This document shows, in pieces, positions 49,413 to 61,952 of a DNA stretch of 64,000 nucleotides. The DNA lies in contig CAWBWI010000006.1 in the NCBI GenBank assembly GCA_963792585.1, positions 256,001-320,000 on the forward strand, in the 5' to 3' direction. Below the pieces are notes generated by a model. It was not told where the DNA came from. It made no database searches and saw only the letters and a list, made by a program, of their open reading frames with translations. How positions within the stretch are numbered: position 1 is the stretch's first letter; every line of letters starts with the position of its first letter. The DNA is from Candidatus Eiseniibacteriota bacterium (GTDB taxonomy: Bacteria > Eisenbacteria > RBG-16-71-46 > CAIMUX01 > VGJL01). Both the position numbers and the translations under genes were made by a program.

Positions 49413-50564
49413 TTGGATCGACCGGACATCGACGACCGGGAGCGGCAACGGTACAGCCGCCAGATCATTCTTCCGGAAGTCGGCCTCGAAGGGCAGCGAC
49501 GCCTGAAGGCGGCGCGGGTGCTTTGCGTCGGCGCGGGGGGACTGGGATCGCCGCTCGCCCTGTATCTTGCCGCCGCGGGAATCGGCCGCCTCGGCCTGAT
49601 CGACTTCGACGTCGTGGACCTCACGAACATTCATCGCCAGGTGCTCTATGCGACGGCCGACGTCGGACGGCCGAAGATCGAGGCGGCGACCGCGAGGCTG
49701 CGCGCGCTCAATCCGGAGATCGAGGTCATCGGCCACGGAGAGCGATTGACCAGCGCGAACGTCCTGTCCATCTTCGAGGGCTACGACGTGATCGCCGACG
49801 GCGCGGACAATTTCGCGACGCGCTATCTGGTCAACGACGCGTGCGTTCTCACCGGAAAGCCGGACGTCTGCGCGAGCATCTTCCGATTCGAGGCCCAGCT
49901 GTCGGTCTTCGACGCCCTACGCGGCCCGTGCTATCGGTGCCTCTTCCCGGAACCGCCCCCCGCGGATCTCTCCCCCTCGTGCGCCGACGCCGGCGTCCTC
50001 GGCGTCCTTCCCGGGGTGGCCGGAACCCTACAGGCTCTGGAGGTCATGAAGAGGATCCTCGACGCGGGCGACCCGCTCATCGGTCGACTCCTCCTGATCG
50101 ACACCCTCGCCATGCGATTCCGAGAACTCTCCGTGCGCAAGGACCCCGCCTGCGCGGTCTGCGGCGAGCATCCAACCATCCGCACTCCCGAAGATCTTGA
50201 AGCCGCCTGCGGCGCCCCTGCGGCAGCGACCGGCTCGGATCTCGGGACGACCCAAGCGATCACCGTCGTCGAATTGCAGCGCCTTCTCGGGGAAGAGGCG
50301 GCGATCGAACTCATCGACGTTCGCGAACCCCACGAACACGCGATCGCGAGGATCGAAGGAGGGCGCCTGATCCCGCTCGCGACCCTGCCCCGCCGCATGG
50401 GCGATCTGGACCGCTCGAAGGTTCAGGTCGTCTATTGCCACACGGGCGTTCGGAGCGCGCACGCGGTTCAACTCATGCGGCGCGCCGGCCTGCGCGCAGT
50501 GAATCTCACCGGCGGAATCGACGCCTGGTCGACTCTCGTCGACCCCTCGGTGCCGCGCTATTAG
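49413..50564 (+). CDS. moeB: Molybdopterin-synthase adenylyltransferase MoeB/MoeZ with rhodanese domain
   Basis: RYSRQI, GAGGLG, NIHRQ, CYRC, CAVC, YCHTGVRS. Confidence 0.93.
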   Translation: MDRPDIDDRERQRYSRQIILPEVGLEGQRRLKAARVLCVGAGGLGSPLALYLAAAGIGRLGLIDFDVVDLTNIHRQVLYATADVGRPKIEAATARLRALNPEIEVIGHGERLTSANVLSIFEGYDVIADGADNFATRYLVNDACVLTGKPDVCASIFRFEAQLSVFDALRGPCYRCLFPEPPPADLSPSCADAGVLGVLPGVAGTLQALEVMKRILDAGDPLIGRLLLIDTLAMRFRELSVRKDPACAVCGEHPTIRTPEDLEAACGAPAAATGSDLGTTQAITVVELQRLLGEEAAIELIDVREPHEHAIARIEGGRLIPLATLPRRMGDLDRSKVQVVYCHTGVRSAHAVQLMRRAGLRAVNLTGGIDAWSTLVDPSVPRY

Positions 50565-50704
50565 CCGCCCTCATGCGGGGCGGCCGTCGCGGCGCCCCCC
50601 GAAGACCGCGCCGGGACCGCCCCCAACACGCGTCTTGCGGCGGAGGCCCGCGCAGGGTTAGCCTCGCGGCGGTCTTGCCCGATGCGCGCGGGGACGGGGG
50701 GAAC

Positions 50705-51352
50705 ATGAGAATCGATGGTTGGATCCGCAAGCTGCTGCCTCGGACCGACAAGTTCCTGGACTTCTTCATCCTGGATGTGGACAACCTGACGGGAGCATGC
50801 CGCGCCCTCCGAGCGCTTCTCGAGGCAAAAGACGAGACGGAACGGCTGCGCCTCATCAAGGAGATCGAGGACTACGAACATCGGGGCGATGAGCTGACGC
50901 ACCAGATCTTCCACGAACTCTCGCTCACGTTCATCACGACCCTCGATCGGGAGGACATCGGCACACTGGCGAGCGCCATCGACGACATCGTCGACAACAT
51001 CGATCGGGCCGCGACCGCCATCCACCTTTACAAGATCCTCGAGTTCGACGATCCGGTTCGCGACCTCGCCGAGATCATCGAGAAGAGCGCGCTCGAGCTG
51101 AAGATCGCGATCCCGCTCCTGAAGGACCTGCGCGAGGTCGACCGGCTGCGGGAAGCCTGCGTGCGAATCAACGCCTACGAGAATCAGGCGGACCAGATCT
51201 TCCAGCGGGCCGTCGGCCGCCTCTTCCAGGAAGAGACCGACCCCATTCAGCTGATCAAGAAGAAGGAGATCCTGGCCACCCTCGAATCCGCGACCGACAT
51301 GTGCGAAGACGCGGCGGTTCTGATCGAGAACGTCCTCGTCAAGTTCGCCTGA
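50705..51352 (+). CDS. DUF47 phosphate transport regulator
   Basis: EHRGDELTH, FITTLDREDI, ENQAD, LESATDMCED. Confidence 0.9.
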   Translation: MRIDGWIRKLLPRTDKFLDFFILDVDNLTGACRALRALLEAKDETERLRLIKEIEDYEHRGDELTHQIFHELSLTFITTLDREDIGTLASAIDDIVDNIDRAATAIHLYKILEFDDPVRDLAEIIEKSALELKIAIPLLKDLREVDRLREACVRINAYENQADQIFQRAVGRLFQEETDPIQLIKKKEILATLESATDMCEDAAVLIENVLVKFA

Positions 51353-51356
51353 GAAT

Positions 51357-52343
51357 ATGCTCGCATTCGTCATCGTCATCATCGGGATCGCGCTCATCTT
51401 CGACTACATCAACGGTTTCCACGACGCGGCAAACTCGATTGCCACGATCGTCTCCACGCGGGTCCTCACCCCGGGCAAGGCCGTCGTATGGGCGGCGTTC
51501 TTCAACTTCATCGCGGCGTTCGGCTTCGGTGTTCACGTCGCCAAGACCATGGGGAAGGGACTCGTCCATCTCGAGGCCGTCACGCCCGAGGTCATCCTCG
51601 CGGCGCTGATCGGCGCGATCGTCTGGGACCTGATCACCTGGTGGCTGGGGCTCCCGACCTCCAGCTCCCATGCGCTCATCGGCGGATACGCCGGGGCGGC
51701 CGCGGTCCATGGGGGTCTCGGGGCGATCATCTGGTCGGGATGGGCGAGGCCCGTCGCCTTCATCGTGATCGCCCCGATGATCGGGCTCTTCCTGGGTTTC
51801 TTCCTGATGCTCGCCGTGACGTGGATCTGCAAGAACAGCACACCCCGGAGGGTCGATCGCTGGTTCCGTCGATTACAGCTCGTCTCGGCGGGGCTCTACA
51901 GCCTGGGGCACGGCACGAACGACGCGCAGAAGACGATGGGAATCATCGCGGGCGTGCTCTATACGTCCGGATTGATGAAGGAATTCGCCATTCCGTTCTG
52001 GGTGGTTCTCGCATGCCATGCCGCGATTGCCCTCGGCACCCTCTCGGGCGGCTGGCGAATCGTGAAGACGATGGGGATGCGGATCACGCAGCTTCGTCCC
52101 GTCGACGGCTTCGCCGCGGAGACGGCGGGTGCGATGACGCTCCTGGGCACGGCGTTCCTCGGGATTCCCGTCTCGACGACCCACACGATCACCGGCGCGA
52201 TCGTCGGTGTGGGTTCGCTCAAGCGAGCCTCGGCGGTTCGTTGGGGCGTCGCCACCCGGATCGTTTGGGCGTGGGTGCTCACGATCCCCGCGTCGGCGGG
52301 CATCGCCGCGCTCGTGATGTTCGGAATCAAGCTGTTCCGATAG
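51357..52343 (+). CDS. pit: Inorganic phosphate transporter (PiT family)
   Basis: NGFHDAANSIAT, PTSSSHALIG, HGTNDAQK, PVSTTH. Confidence 0.93.
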   Translation: MLAFVIVIIGIALIFDYINGFHDAANSIATIVSTRVLTPGKAVVWAAFFNFIAAFGFGVHVAKTMGKGLVHLEAVTPEVILAALIGAIVWDLITWWLGLPTSSSHALIGGYAGAAAVHGGLGAIIWSGWARPVAFIVIAPMIGLFLGFFLMLAVTWICKNSTPRRVDRWFRRLQLVSAGLYSLGHGTNDAQKTMGIIAGVLYTSGLMKEFAIPFWVVLACHAAIALGTLSGGWRIVKTMGMRITQLRPVDGFAAETAGAMTLLGTAFLGIPVSTTHTITGAIVGVGSLKRASAVRWGVATRIVWAWVLTIPASAGIAALVMFGIKLFR

Positions 52344-52360
52344 GGGTCGAGCCCTCCGAG

Positions 52361-52672
52361 TTAGTCCCAGATGCCGAGGTAGGCTTTCGCGTCTTCCGAG
52401 CAGTGGACCTTCGGGTCCCAGCGCGGCTCCCATACGAGTTCGACCTTTGCTTCCTCCACACCGGGAGCACGTCGGGCCGCCATTTCAGTCGCGGCGAGCA
52501 TCTCCGGGCCCTCGGGGCACATCGGGCTCGTGAGGGTCATCTTCACGACGACCGACTTCTTCTCCTGATCCACCTCGATCGCGTACACGAGCCCGAGATC
52601 GAGGATGGAGAGATCGATCTCCGGGTCATGGACCGGCCGGATCGCTTCACGTACGTCATTCTCGGAGATCAT
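52361..52672 (-). CDS. sufT: Metal-sulfur cluster assembly factor (DUF59)
   Basis: DPEIDLSILDLGLVY, TLTSPMCP. Confidence 0.88.
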   Translation of the reverse strand: MISENDVREAIRPVHDPEIDLSILDLGLVYAIEVDQEKKSVVVKMTLTSPMCPEGPEMLAATEMAARRAPGVEEAKVELVWEPRWDPKVHCSEDAKAYLGIWD

Positions 52673-53172
52673 CGTGGTTTCTCCTCGCGCGGCTCTTCGG
52701 TCGATGTCGCCTTGGACGGAGCTTCCTGACCGTCTCCCCACGCGCGCAACGCCTCCTTGAGGGTCAGCCATGGCAGCAGGGCGCACTTCACCCGCACCGG
52801 AAACTTGGCCACGCCGTGCAGGGCTTCGAGATCACCTAGCTCCAGGTCGGCGGGCGGGTCCTCGCCATGGATCATCCGGCGGAAGACCTCGCTCAGCCGC
52901 TCGACCTGCTCGCGGGTCATCCCCGGCAGGATCTCGGCGAGCATGGAGCCGGAGGCCACGCTGATCGCGCAGCCGCGGCTCCTGATCTGGACGCTGCGCA
53001 CGCGTCCGTCGTCCATGTCGAGGGCGACGTGGACTTCGTCCCCGCAGACGGGATTGAAGCCGTCGTGCTGCACGTCGGGGCTGGGAAGCGCCTCCCGACC
53101 CCGGGGGCTCCGGTAGTGGTCGAGGACCACCTCCCGGTAGAGCGAATCCAGCTCAGCGAATGGCCTGTCCAA
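52669..53172 (-). CDS. sufU: SUF system NifU-like protein
   Basis: LYREVVLDHY, NPVCGD, GCAISVAS, RVKCA. Confidence 0.92.
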   Translation of the reverse strand: MDRPFAELDSLYREVVLDHYRSPRGREALPSPDVQHDGFNPVCGDEVHVALDMDDGRVRSVQIRSRGCAISVASGSMLAEILPGMTREQVERLSEVFRRMIHGEDPPADLELGDLEALHGVAKFPVRVKCALLPWLTLKEALRAWGDGQEAPSKATSTEEPREEKPR

Positions 53173-54424
53173 AGTAGGCGCGCGCCTCCGCGAGGGCCGC
53201 GACGAGGGAGTCGACGTCGGCCCGGTCGTTGTAGACGTAGAAACTCGCGCGCGCCGTGGCCGGCACGCCGAGCCGCCGCATCAGCGGCTGGGCGCAATGG
53301 TGGCCCGCCCGGACCGCCACGCCGTAGAGATCGAGAATCGTTGCGAGATCGTGCGGGTGGATCACGCTGTCATAGAACGAGACGACCCCGGATCGCGCCT
53401 CCGCCTCGGCGGGACCGTGAACTGTGATGCCCGGAATCTCCGCGAGGCGCGCAAGCGCGTAGCGATTGAGGTCGATGTCGTGGGCGCGGATCGCCTCGAG
53501 CCCCAACGCTTCGAGGTATTCGAGCGCCGCGCCGAACGCCACGACGTCGGCGATGTTCGGCGTTCCGGCCTCGAACTTCCACGGAATGTCGTTCCACGTC
53601 GCGCCGTCGAGCCGCACTTCTCGGATCATCTCGCCGCCGCCGAGCATCGGCTCCGCCTCTTCGAGCAGTTCGGGCCGCGCCCAGAGGACGCCGACACCGG
53701 TCGGCCCGAGCATCTTGTGTGCGGAAAAGACGAAGAAGTCGGCCCCGAGCGTCTGACGGATCGATCCGGCATATGCGGCACGCTCTGCGCGCGCGTCGAC
53801 CAGGATCGGAACGCCGCGCGCGTGCGCGAGCTGGGCGATCTCTTCCACCGGATTGATCGTCCCGAGGACGTTCGAGGCGTGCATCAGCGAGACCAGCCGC
53901 GTCTTCGGACGTGATCATCTCCGGCACCTTCGACATGTCGAGACGTCCGTCGTCGGTGATCGGGACATGCTCGAGCACCGCGCCGGTTCGCTTGGCGAGC
54001 ATGATCCAGGGGACGAGGTTCGCGTGGTGCTCCATCTCGGTCAGGAGGATCTCGTCGCCCGGGTCGAATCGCTAGGCTCGACCCAGGAGCGCGCGACCAG
54101 GTTGATCGCCTCGGTCGCGTTCCGGGTGAAGACGATCCCGCGCACGTCGACGCCGCCGAGGAAACGCGCGATGTGGGATCGCACGTCTTCGTACGCGACC
54201 GTCGCCTCGTCGGCCAGCGTGTGGATCCCCCGATGGATGTTCGCGTTCGTCCGCTCGTAGTAGTGCTGCAGCGCCTCGATGACCGCGCGCGGCTTCTGTG
54301 TCGTGGCCGCGTTGTCGAGGTAGACGAGGCGGTGATCGTGGACTGCGCCGCTCGAGAATCGGGAAGTCCTTCCGGATCCGCTCGACGTCGAGTGTCCGAA
54401 CGATGCGGCGGCGCCATATCTCAT
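53153..54424 (-). CDS. sufS: Cysteine desulfurase SufS (several frameshifts, start approximate)
   Basis: [39 protein letters not shown] across frames. Confidence 0.88.
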
Positions 54425-54746
54425 CAGATCCTCCTCGATCTCCACGTAGACATCGCCGTTTTCGATGCGCACCGCGAACGTCCGCACCGGCGTGGCCGCC
54501 GGCATGCGGACCGCCCCGCCCGTGCGTACGTCGAAGCGCGCCCCGTGGCGCGGGCACTCGATCAGGCACCCGTCGAGGACTCCCTCGCCGAAGCGGCCCG
54601 TCATCGTGCGTGCAGACGTTCTCGATCGCGTAGATCTTGCCGCCGACGTTGCAGAGGGCGATCGACTCCGCACCCACTTCAAAGACACGGGCTTGCCCTT
54701 CGGGGATCTCCGAAACGCGCGCCACCAACTGATAGGTTCCGCTCAT
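54425..54746 (-). CDS. Rieske-type ferredoxin (frameshift near 54600, end approximate)
   Basis: CTHDDG...CPRHG motifs. Confidence 0.8.
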
Positions 54747-55956
54747 CGCCCCGCAACCTCCTCCAGTCGCGTCTCTCATCTCCCCGCGGATCGACTCGCC
54801 CAGCTCCTCCGGGATGTTCCCGAGCGTCGCCTCCAGGAATCCGGTGACGACCATCTTCGTCGCCGCATCCGGAGTCAACCCCCTCGATGAGAGGTAGAAG
54901 AGCTGCTCGGGATCGATCGGACCCGCCGTCGCGCCGTGCTTGCAGCGAACCTCGTCGGTCAGGATCTCGAGTTCCGGGATCGACTCGGCCTTGCATCCGC
55001 TCGGAGAGGAGCAGGTTGCGGTTCTCCTGGAAGGCCTCGCAGTAGGGCGCGTCGTGCGCGATCCGGATCAGCTCCGGTGTACGCCGACCGCGCCTTGCCC
55101 GCGAGCACGACGCGGAAGTCGATGTCGCTCAGCGTGTGCGCGCCGCGGTGGTCCTGCACGGTGTGGTGGTCGGCCCGCTGGCGACCGTCGCCGAAGCAGA
55201 GGCCGATCATCTTGCTCTCGGCCCCTGGCCCCTCGAGGATGGCGCCGACGTCGGCCTTGTACAGCCCGGCGCCGAAGGAGACCATCACGGTCATCAGCCG
55301 GGCGTCGCGATCGCAGCCGCGCGCGGAACATCCGGTGCGACGTCACGCTCGCGCCCCAGCCGCTGCAGCGGGACGTAGCGGATCTGGCTGTCGGGTCCCG
55401 CGAACAGCTCCGTCACCTCGTTGAGGGAGCCGCGCGCGCCGTCTGCGGGCCCGCACGATTCCTCCACGATCGTCGCGGCGGACTGCTCCTCCGCGATCAC
55501 GATGAGGTTGCGGATCGCGCGAAACGCCCCGTCGCCGGCCATGGTCGTCACGACACGGATCGGCTTCGCGAGAACGGCCCCTTGGGGATCCGGATCAGGA
55601 ACACGCCGGCCGACCAGAGGGCGGCGTTCAGATCGCTTCGGGCTTGCCGTTCTCCGCCGGAACGAGGCGCCCGAGGTGCGCCGCGACCAGATCGGGCATC
55701 TCGCGGCGCGCCTCGGAGAGCGGGAGGACCGTCACCCCGGATGCGGGGTCGAAGTCGACCACGACCGGATCCGCTGGCGGATCCCGGCCCCGTCGGGGAG
55801 CAGGAACTCGGCGGGATCGGTGTAGCGCCAGAGGTGGTTCGCGCGATCCGCAGCCGGCAGGGCCCGCTCGATCGCCCACGCCGCCTCGCGCAGATCGTCG
55901 AGCCATCGGGCCCGCGGGCACCCCTCGGAAGCTCGGTCTCGGGCCAAGTCCGACAT
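54743..55956 (-). CDS. sufD: Fe-S assembly protein SufD (frameshifted)
   Basis: WRYTD, HHTVQDH, CKHGATAGPIDPEQLFYLSSRG fragments. Confidence 0.8.
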
Positions 55957-56002
55957 GCTCACCGCGGATCTCCGAGTCCGCTGCGCGGCTTCGCGCCGAT
56001 CA

Positions 56003-57449
56003 TCAACCCACCGATCCTTCCATCTCGAGTCTCGATCAGCCGGTTCAGCTCGACCGCGTACTCCATCGGCAGCTCCTTCGTGAACGCCTCGATGAAGCCG
56101 TTGACGATGAGCGTCCGCGCCGCCTGCTCGCTCAGGCCCGCGGCTCATCAGGTAGAAGATCTGCTCGTCGCCGATCTTGCTGACGCGCGCTTCGTGCTCC
56201 ATCCGCACGTGCTCCTCGTCGATCTCCATCGTCGGGTAGGTGTCGCTCCGCGACTCCGGAGTCGAGGATCAGCGCGTCGCACTGCACGCTGACCTTGCAG
56301 TTCTTCGCGCCCCGGTGAGACCTTCGCGAGGCCGCGGTACGAGGCACGCCCGCCATCCTTCGAGATCGACTTGGAGGTGATCGTGCTGCTCGTGTTCGAG
56401 GCGGCATGGATCGACCTTGGCGCCGGCGTCCTGGTGCTGGCCCTTGCCCGCGAACGCGACCGAGAGGATCTCGCCCCGCGCCCCCTCGCCCACGAGGTAG
56501 ACGCAGGGGAACTTCATCGTCAGCTTCGAGCCGATGTTGCCGTCGACCCACTCGACGACCGCGTTCTTGTGCGCGACCGCCCGCTTGGTGACCAGGTTGA
56601 AGATGTTGTTCGACCAGTTCTGGATCGTCGTGTAGCGGATGTAGGCATCCTCCATCGCGATCAGCTCGACGACGGCCGAGTGGAGCGAGTTGGTGTGTAG
56701 ACCGGGGCGGTGCAACCTTCGATGTAGTGGACCCGCGAGCCCCGGTCCGCGATGATCAGCGTCCGCTCGAACTGACCCATGTTCTCCGCGTTGATCCGGA
56801 AGTAGGCCTGCAGCGGGATCTCGACCTTCGTGTCGGGCGGGACGTAGATGAACGAGCCGCCCGACCAGACCGCGCTGTTCAGCGCGGCGAATTTGTTGTC
56901 CGTCGCAGGGATCACGCTCGCGAAGTACTTCTGGACGATCTCCGGGTGCTCGCGCAGTCCCGTGTCCATGTCCATGAAGATCACGCCCTGCTTCGTCAGG
57001 GACTCGAGCACCGAGTGGTAGACGACCTCCGCTCTCGTACTGCGCGGAGACGCCGGCCAGGAACTTCTTCTCCGCTTCGGGGATCCCGAGCCGGTCGAAG
57101 GTCCTCTTGATGTCGGCGGGCACGTCGTCCCAGGTCTTCCCCTGCTCCGCCATCGGCCGGATGTAGTAGTAGATGTCGTCGAAGTCGATCGAGTTGAGGA
57201 GCTCCGTGTCCCCCCACGTCGGCATCGGCTTGGCGAGGAAGATGTCGAGCGACTCGTGACGGAACCGGCGCATCCACTCCGGTTCCTTCTTCATCCGCGA
57301 GATCATCTCGACGACCTCGTGGTCGACCCCCTTGCGTCCCTTGTGGAAGTAGGCCTCGGGGTCGTGGAAGCCCCACTTCGACGCATAGTCGTCCCGGATG
57401 TCGAGTCGCTGGCGCGCGTGCGGGCGTTTCGATCGTCAGACTTTGCCAT
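56003..57449 (-). CDS. sufB: Fe-S assembly protein SufB (frameshifted)
   Basis: [47 protein letters not shown]. Confidence 0.88.
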
Positions 57450-57455
57450 CGTGAT

Positions 57456-58234
<779 letters not shown>

Positions 58235-58244
58235 GCCATTCCTC

Positions 58245-58772
58245 CTAGGAAACGCTCGGCGGCGTGGTCGCGCGCGCGGCTCTCGGCTCGTCCCAACCGG
58301 CTTTCAGCTCCGAATCGGTGATCCACGAGGAGCGAAGCCGCTCGTGGGCGAGACCCTCGGTGAAGGCCAGGTCGGCCAGGGAGACCTTCGTCAGAGCCGA
58401 GCGGACCAGCGAGTAGACGGCCACCCACACGCTGCGGACCGAGCAGTCCTTCGTGTGGACGCAGACTTGCTCGAGCCCGGTGTAGTTGGCGCAGTCACCG
58501 TGCTGGAAGATCGGTCCGTCGAGCGCGGCGAGTGCTTCGGCAAGGCTGATCTCCTGGGGCGCGCGGCTGAGCGCGTATCCGCCGCTGCGTCCGCGCGCGG
58601 AGTCGACGATGCCGGCGAGCCGCAGGCGACGCAGGAGCTTGGCGGTGTTCGGAACCGGCAGCCCCTCGCGCGAAGCGATCTCGGGCAACGTGAGCGAGTG
58701 CCCGCCCTCGTACACGTGGGCCAGTTGAAGCAGGCAGCGAAGCCCGTACTCTTCCGTGCTCGTGACCTTCAT
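58245..58772 (-). CDS. Rrf2-family regulator of the suf operon
   Basis: EEYGLRCL, RGRSGGY and a three-Cys cluster C...C...C. Confidence 0.88.
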   Translation of the reverse strand: MKVTSTEEYGLRCLLQLAHVYEGGHSLTLPEIASREGLPVPNTAKLLRRLRLAGIVDSARGRSGGYALSRAPQEISLAEALAALDGPIFQHGDCANYTGLEQVCVHTKDCSVRSVWVAVYSLVRSALTKVSLADLAFTEGLAHERLRSSWITDSELKAGWDEPRAARATTPPSVS

Positions 58773-58810
58773 GGTTCTCGTCCTCGATCCCGTCAATTCC
58801 CGACTCGATC

Positions 58811-58860
58811 TCAAGATCACAAATCTGTACTTCAAAGTCAATATTACGATTGAAGAAAGT
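58811..58860 (-). promoter_or_regulatory. suf promoter and putative operator
   Basis: AT-rich patch with a TTGACT -35 inside the inverted repeat CTTCAA-N14-TTGAAG. Confidence 0.5.
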
Positions 58861-58903
58861 GTTCACAGGCACGTTCGGTCCGGGGGCACTGCGATAACTC
58901 TTT

Positions 58904-59865
58904 CTACTGCCTCGCGTTATCGGATGCCCGTCGGAGGGCGCTGCCTGAGAAAGGGAAGCCCCGCCAAGCCGGGCAGCCAGTAGCCGAAGAGCGAGTAGAG
59001 CATGGCCGACCCCCAGGGAGATCTCCGGCGCGGCCAGCCCCGACATCAGGCGGATCAGGGCGGTGTCCCGCGTCCCCATCCCCGCGATCGTGACCGGCAC
59101 GAGGCCGACGAAGATCGCGGCTGGCAGGGCGGCAAGGACCCGCGCGAAAGGCACGGCGGCCCCGAGGCTCACGTAGAAGAGCCATGTCTGGACCACGCTC
59201 GCGAGCCAGTTGCCGAGGGTGAGCACGAGGACCCACGAGCAGGAGCTCCGGGGTGCGGAGCAGCACGCGTAGCGACTCGAGCAGCCGCTCGACCTTCGGA
59301 CGCAGTTTCGCCGGGATCGGCAGGCGCACGGAGAGCAGCAGGACGGTCCCGACCAACCCGCCGCCGAGCAGCACGGCGGATGCGATCGCAAGCGATCCTC
59401 CAGCCGTAGACCAGCGAGCCGGCGAGGCAGAAGGCGAGCAAGCGTCAGCACATCGAGCAGCCGCTCGGCGAGAACGCTGCCGAGCACGCTGCTCACCGGC
59501 ACGCGGCCGCGCAGGAACCAGGCGCGCGCGAGATCCCCCCCCTTCGACGGCGTGAAGCGTCGAGAAGGTGAAACCGGACATCACGATGGCGAGAAGAAGT
59601 CGAGAGATCGATCTCTCGTCCGATCCCCCCGAGCACCGCCTTCATGCGAAGCGCGGAGAAGATCGGGAAGGTGACGGTGAGAAGGCCGCCCACCACGAGC
59701 GGCATCGGACGCGCCCCGCGCAAGCTCGCGAGCACTTCCCCAAACGGCACGTTGCGAAAGATCAGGTAGAAGACGATCGCGGTGATGATCGCGAGGACGG
59801 CCATGCGCGCCCAGTCGCGCTTCGTGCTCCGCGGCCGACGGACCGATCTCCTCGGGGACGCTCAA
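58904..59865 (-). CDS. Lysylphosphatidylglycerol synthase TM/flippase-like (UPF0104), frameshifted
   Basis: TPSKGGD, ERLLD and VPVTIAGMGTRD fragments. Boundaries approximate. Confidence 0.75.
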
Positions 59866-61638
59866 TCCGTCTCCCCGCTCCGGTAGCCGGCGAAGCCCTT
59901 CTCGAGATCGATGACCCGCGTGATCGTGATCTCCCCCTCGCGGTTCAGCCGCTCGAGGTCCTGCGGCGGAGAGGTACGAGCCGTGCACCCCGAGCTCGAA
60001 TCGCTGGAAGTAGCGTGACTGCGGGCACGTAACGAACGCTGAAATCGTCGCCGATCTTGACCTTCTCGAATGCCGGGCCGCCGTTGCGGCGGATCGTGTC
60101 GGTCACGGCGACCTCTCGCCGGGCGCGAAGCGGATCTTGCGGCGGAAACGCGCGCGGCGACCGCGCCGCTCTTCGTCATCAGCATGCTGCCGGATCCAAC
60201 CCTTGATCCGATAGGCCATCGCCGTGTTCCAGCCCGACGATGAGCATGAAGAGACGGAATACGATGAACGTCCAGGGAGTGAAGAGCTTCATGACCATGA
60301 CGTGGTAGTGCCCCTCGACCTCGAGGAGGTCCCCGGTGTCGCGCACGCTGTGGGCTCGGGTCGATCCACTGCGTGGTGACGACCTTCCCGTTCGGCAAGG
60401 CGCGCGATCACGCCGCAGTCGCTCACGATCGTGCGTCCGTCCCCAACGCGCGCAAATCTGGAGCGTCCCCCCCTTCGCCAGGTTGACCGCGGCGTACGCT
60501 TCCGGCGTGCGGCGCACATGCATCCGCGCGGCGGGCCAGCTTCTTCCGGAACGGCGGTCCTTCGTGCGGCAATGCCGGCAGCGGCTCGACCCGCGGCTTC
60601 CAGTCGACGTAGGAGAGGAGGAGTTCGGGAATCCGGTAGAGGAAGTAGCGATCCTCCTGGATCTCGGGCGGCACGAGCTTCCCGCGCCAGAGAGAGCGCA
60701 GCATCGCCTCGGCCACGGCGGCCGCCGTCGGATTCTCCGGCGCGAAGAGCTCGAAGCCGTGCGGGTAGAAGTGCAGCGTCTGCCGGCTGCCCATCGCCCC
60801 ACCGTAGTGACCATCCGGGCAGGACGAAGTGGGCGCAGAAGTCGATCGCGCGCGCGCAGACCTTCTCGATCCGTTCATCCGTGTAGAGCTTGCGCAGCTT
60901 GGCGAGGAAGGAGACGGTCGCGGAGAGGTAGCCGAGTCGGCGCCGTCGTACTCGAGGCACCATCCCTCTTCGTAGCAGTAGCTCAGGAAGTCATCGAGCC
61001 GGACATGGAAACCCGCCAGGAGCTTCGGATCGTTCAGCAGGGCGTAGGCCTCGTAGATCGGCAGGACGCCATCGCGTGGTGGTTCGCGAGCACACCCGGC
61101 TCGTCGTACTTCGCCAGGAAGTGCCCCGCCCGCGCGACGCATGATGCGGAAACGCTCGTCCAGGTCGCGCCGGAATGTGCCCGTGCGAGCAGCCGGAAGG
61201 TAGTCGCACATCGCGTAGACCAGGAACCCCGTCGGACCGGCCCAGCCGCGCTCGTTCGGGTAGAACTCGTCGAACGAGCCGTCCGGTCGCTGGATCTCGA
61301 TCCAGTTCTCGATCGCGGCCAGGGCCCACAGCAGGATCTTCGGGTTGCGGTAGTAGGGGTTGTCCGGGAACGGTTGCGTGTAGGCGAGGGCGAGCGCATG
61401 CACACCGAACTGCGCGATCGAGGACGGGAAATCGACGCTCCGGCAGAGCCAGTACTCGCGGTTGAACGAGCCGTAGGTCCGCGAGAACTCGTTGCGGTCC
61501 TCGAGCGAGAGGAGGCGCGGAATCTGCGCGAGGCCACGATCCGCATACGCCCGGCGCAACCCCTCGCCCGCCGGAGGGATGAGGTCGTCGGGGACGATCA
61601 GCGGGGCTGCCGGGTGGTGACCATTCGGGCCGGTTCAT
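59862..61638 (-). CDS. Uncharacterised alpha/alpha-toroid-like protein of glycan loci, frameshifted
   Basis: PRLLSLEDRNEFSRTYGSFNREYW, QRPDGSFDEFYPNE, ANH, EGWCLEYDGAD, YGGxxGSR. Confidence 0.6.
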
Positions 61639-61952
61639 CAGTGCTCCTCGCCGCCCCTGCTCATGGGGGCCCCGGCGATCCTATCAGAGGGAACGTCCGG
61701 CGCCACCGCTTCCCCGCGGGCTCGATTAGTGATAAAAATAACAAATACTAGAGATGAAATCTTGTTGACGACTTCGATGGAAGGCGTCATTCTTCTCTCG
61801 TGTCGGGAAACCGACGAAAGGCTTCGGCGAGCCGACTCGCGGTCGGGGCCGATAACGAGAAGGTGAGGCGAGTCCTCACCCTTGCCCGCGCTACCTTTTG
61901 CGGCCAAAGGTGGTGCGGGCATTTTCTTCGTCTCACCCGACACTCCACTGGG

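Noticed and set aside
54041..54746. Apparent Rieske-SufS fusion
   Set aside because: The region is indel-rich, so the junction frame is unreliable.
61638..61943. 101-aa ORF upstream of the glycan gene
   Set aside because: Atypical codon usage, spans the AT-rich regulatory tract, and has no recognisable motif.
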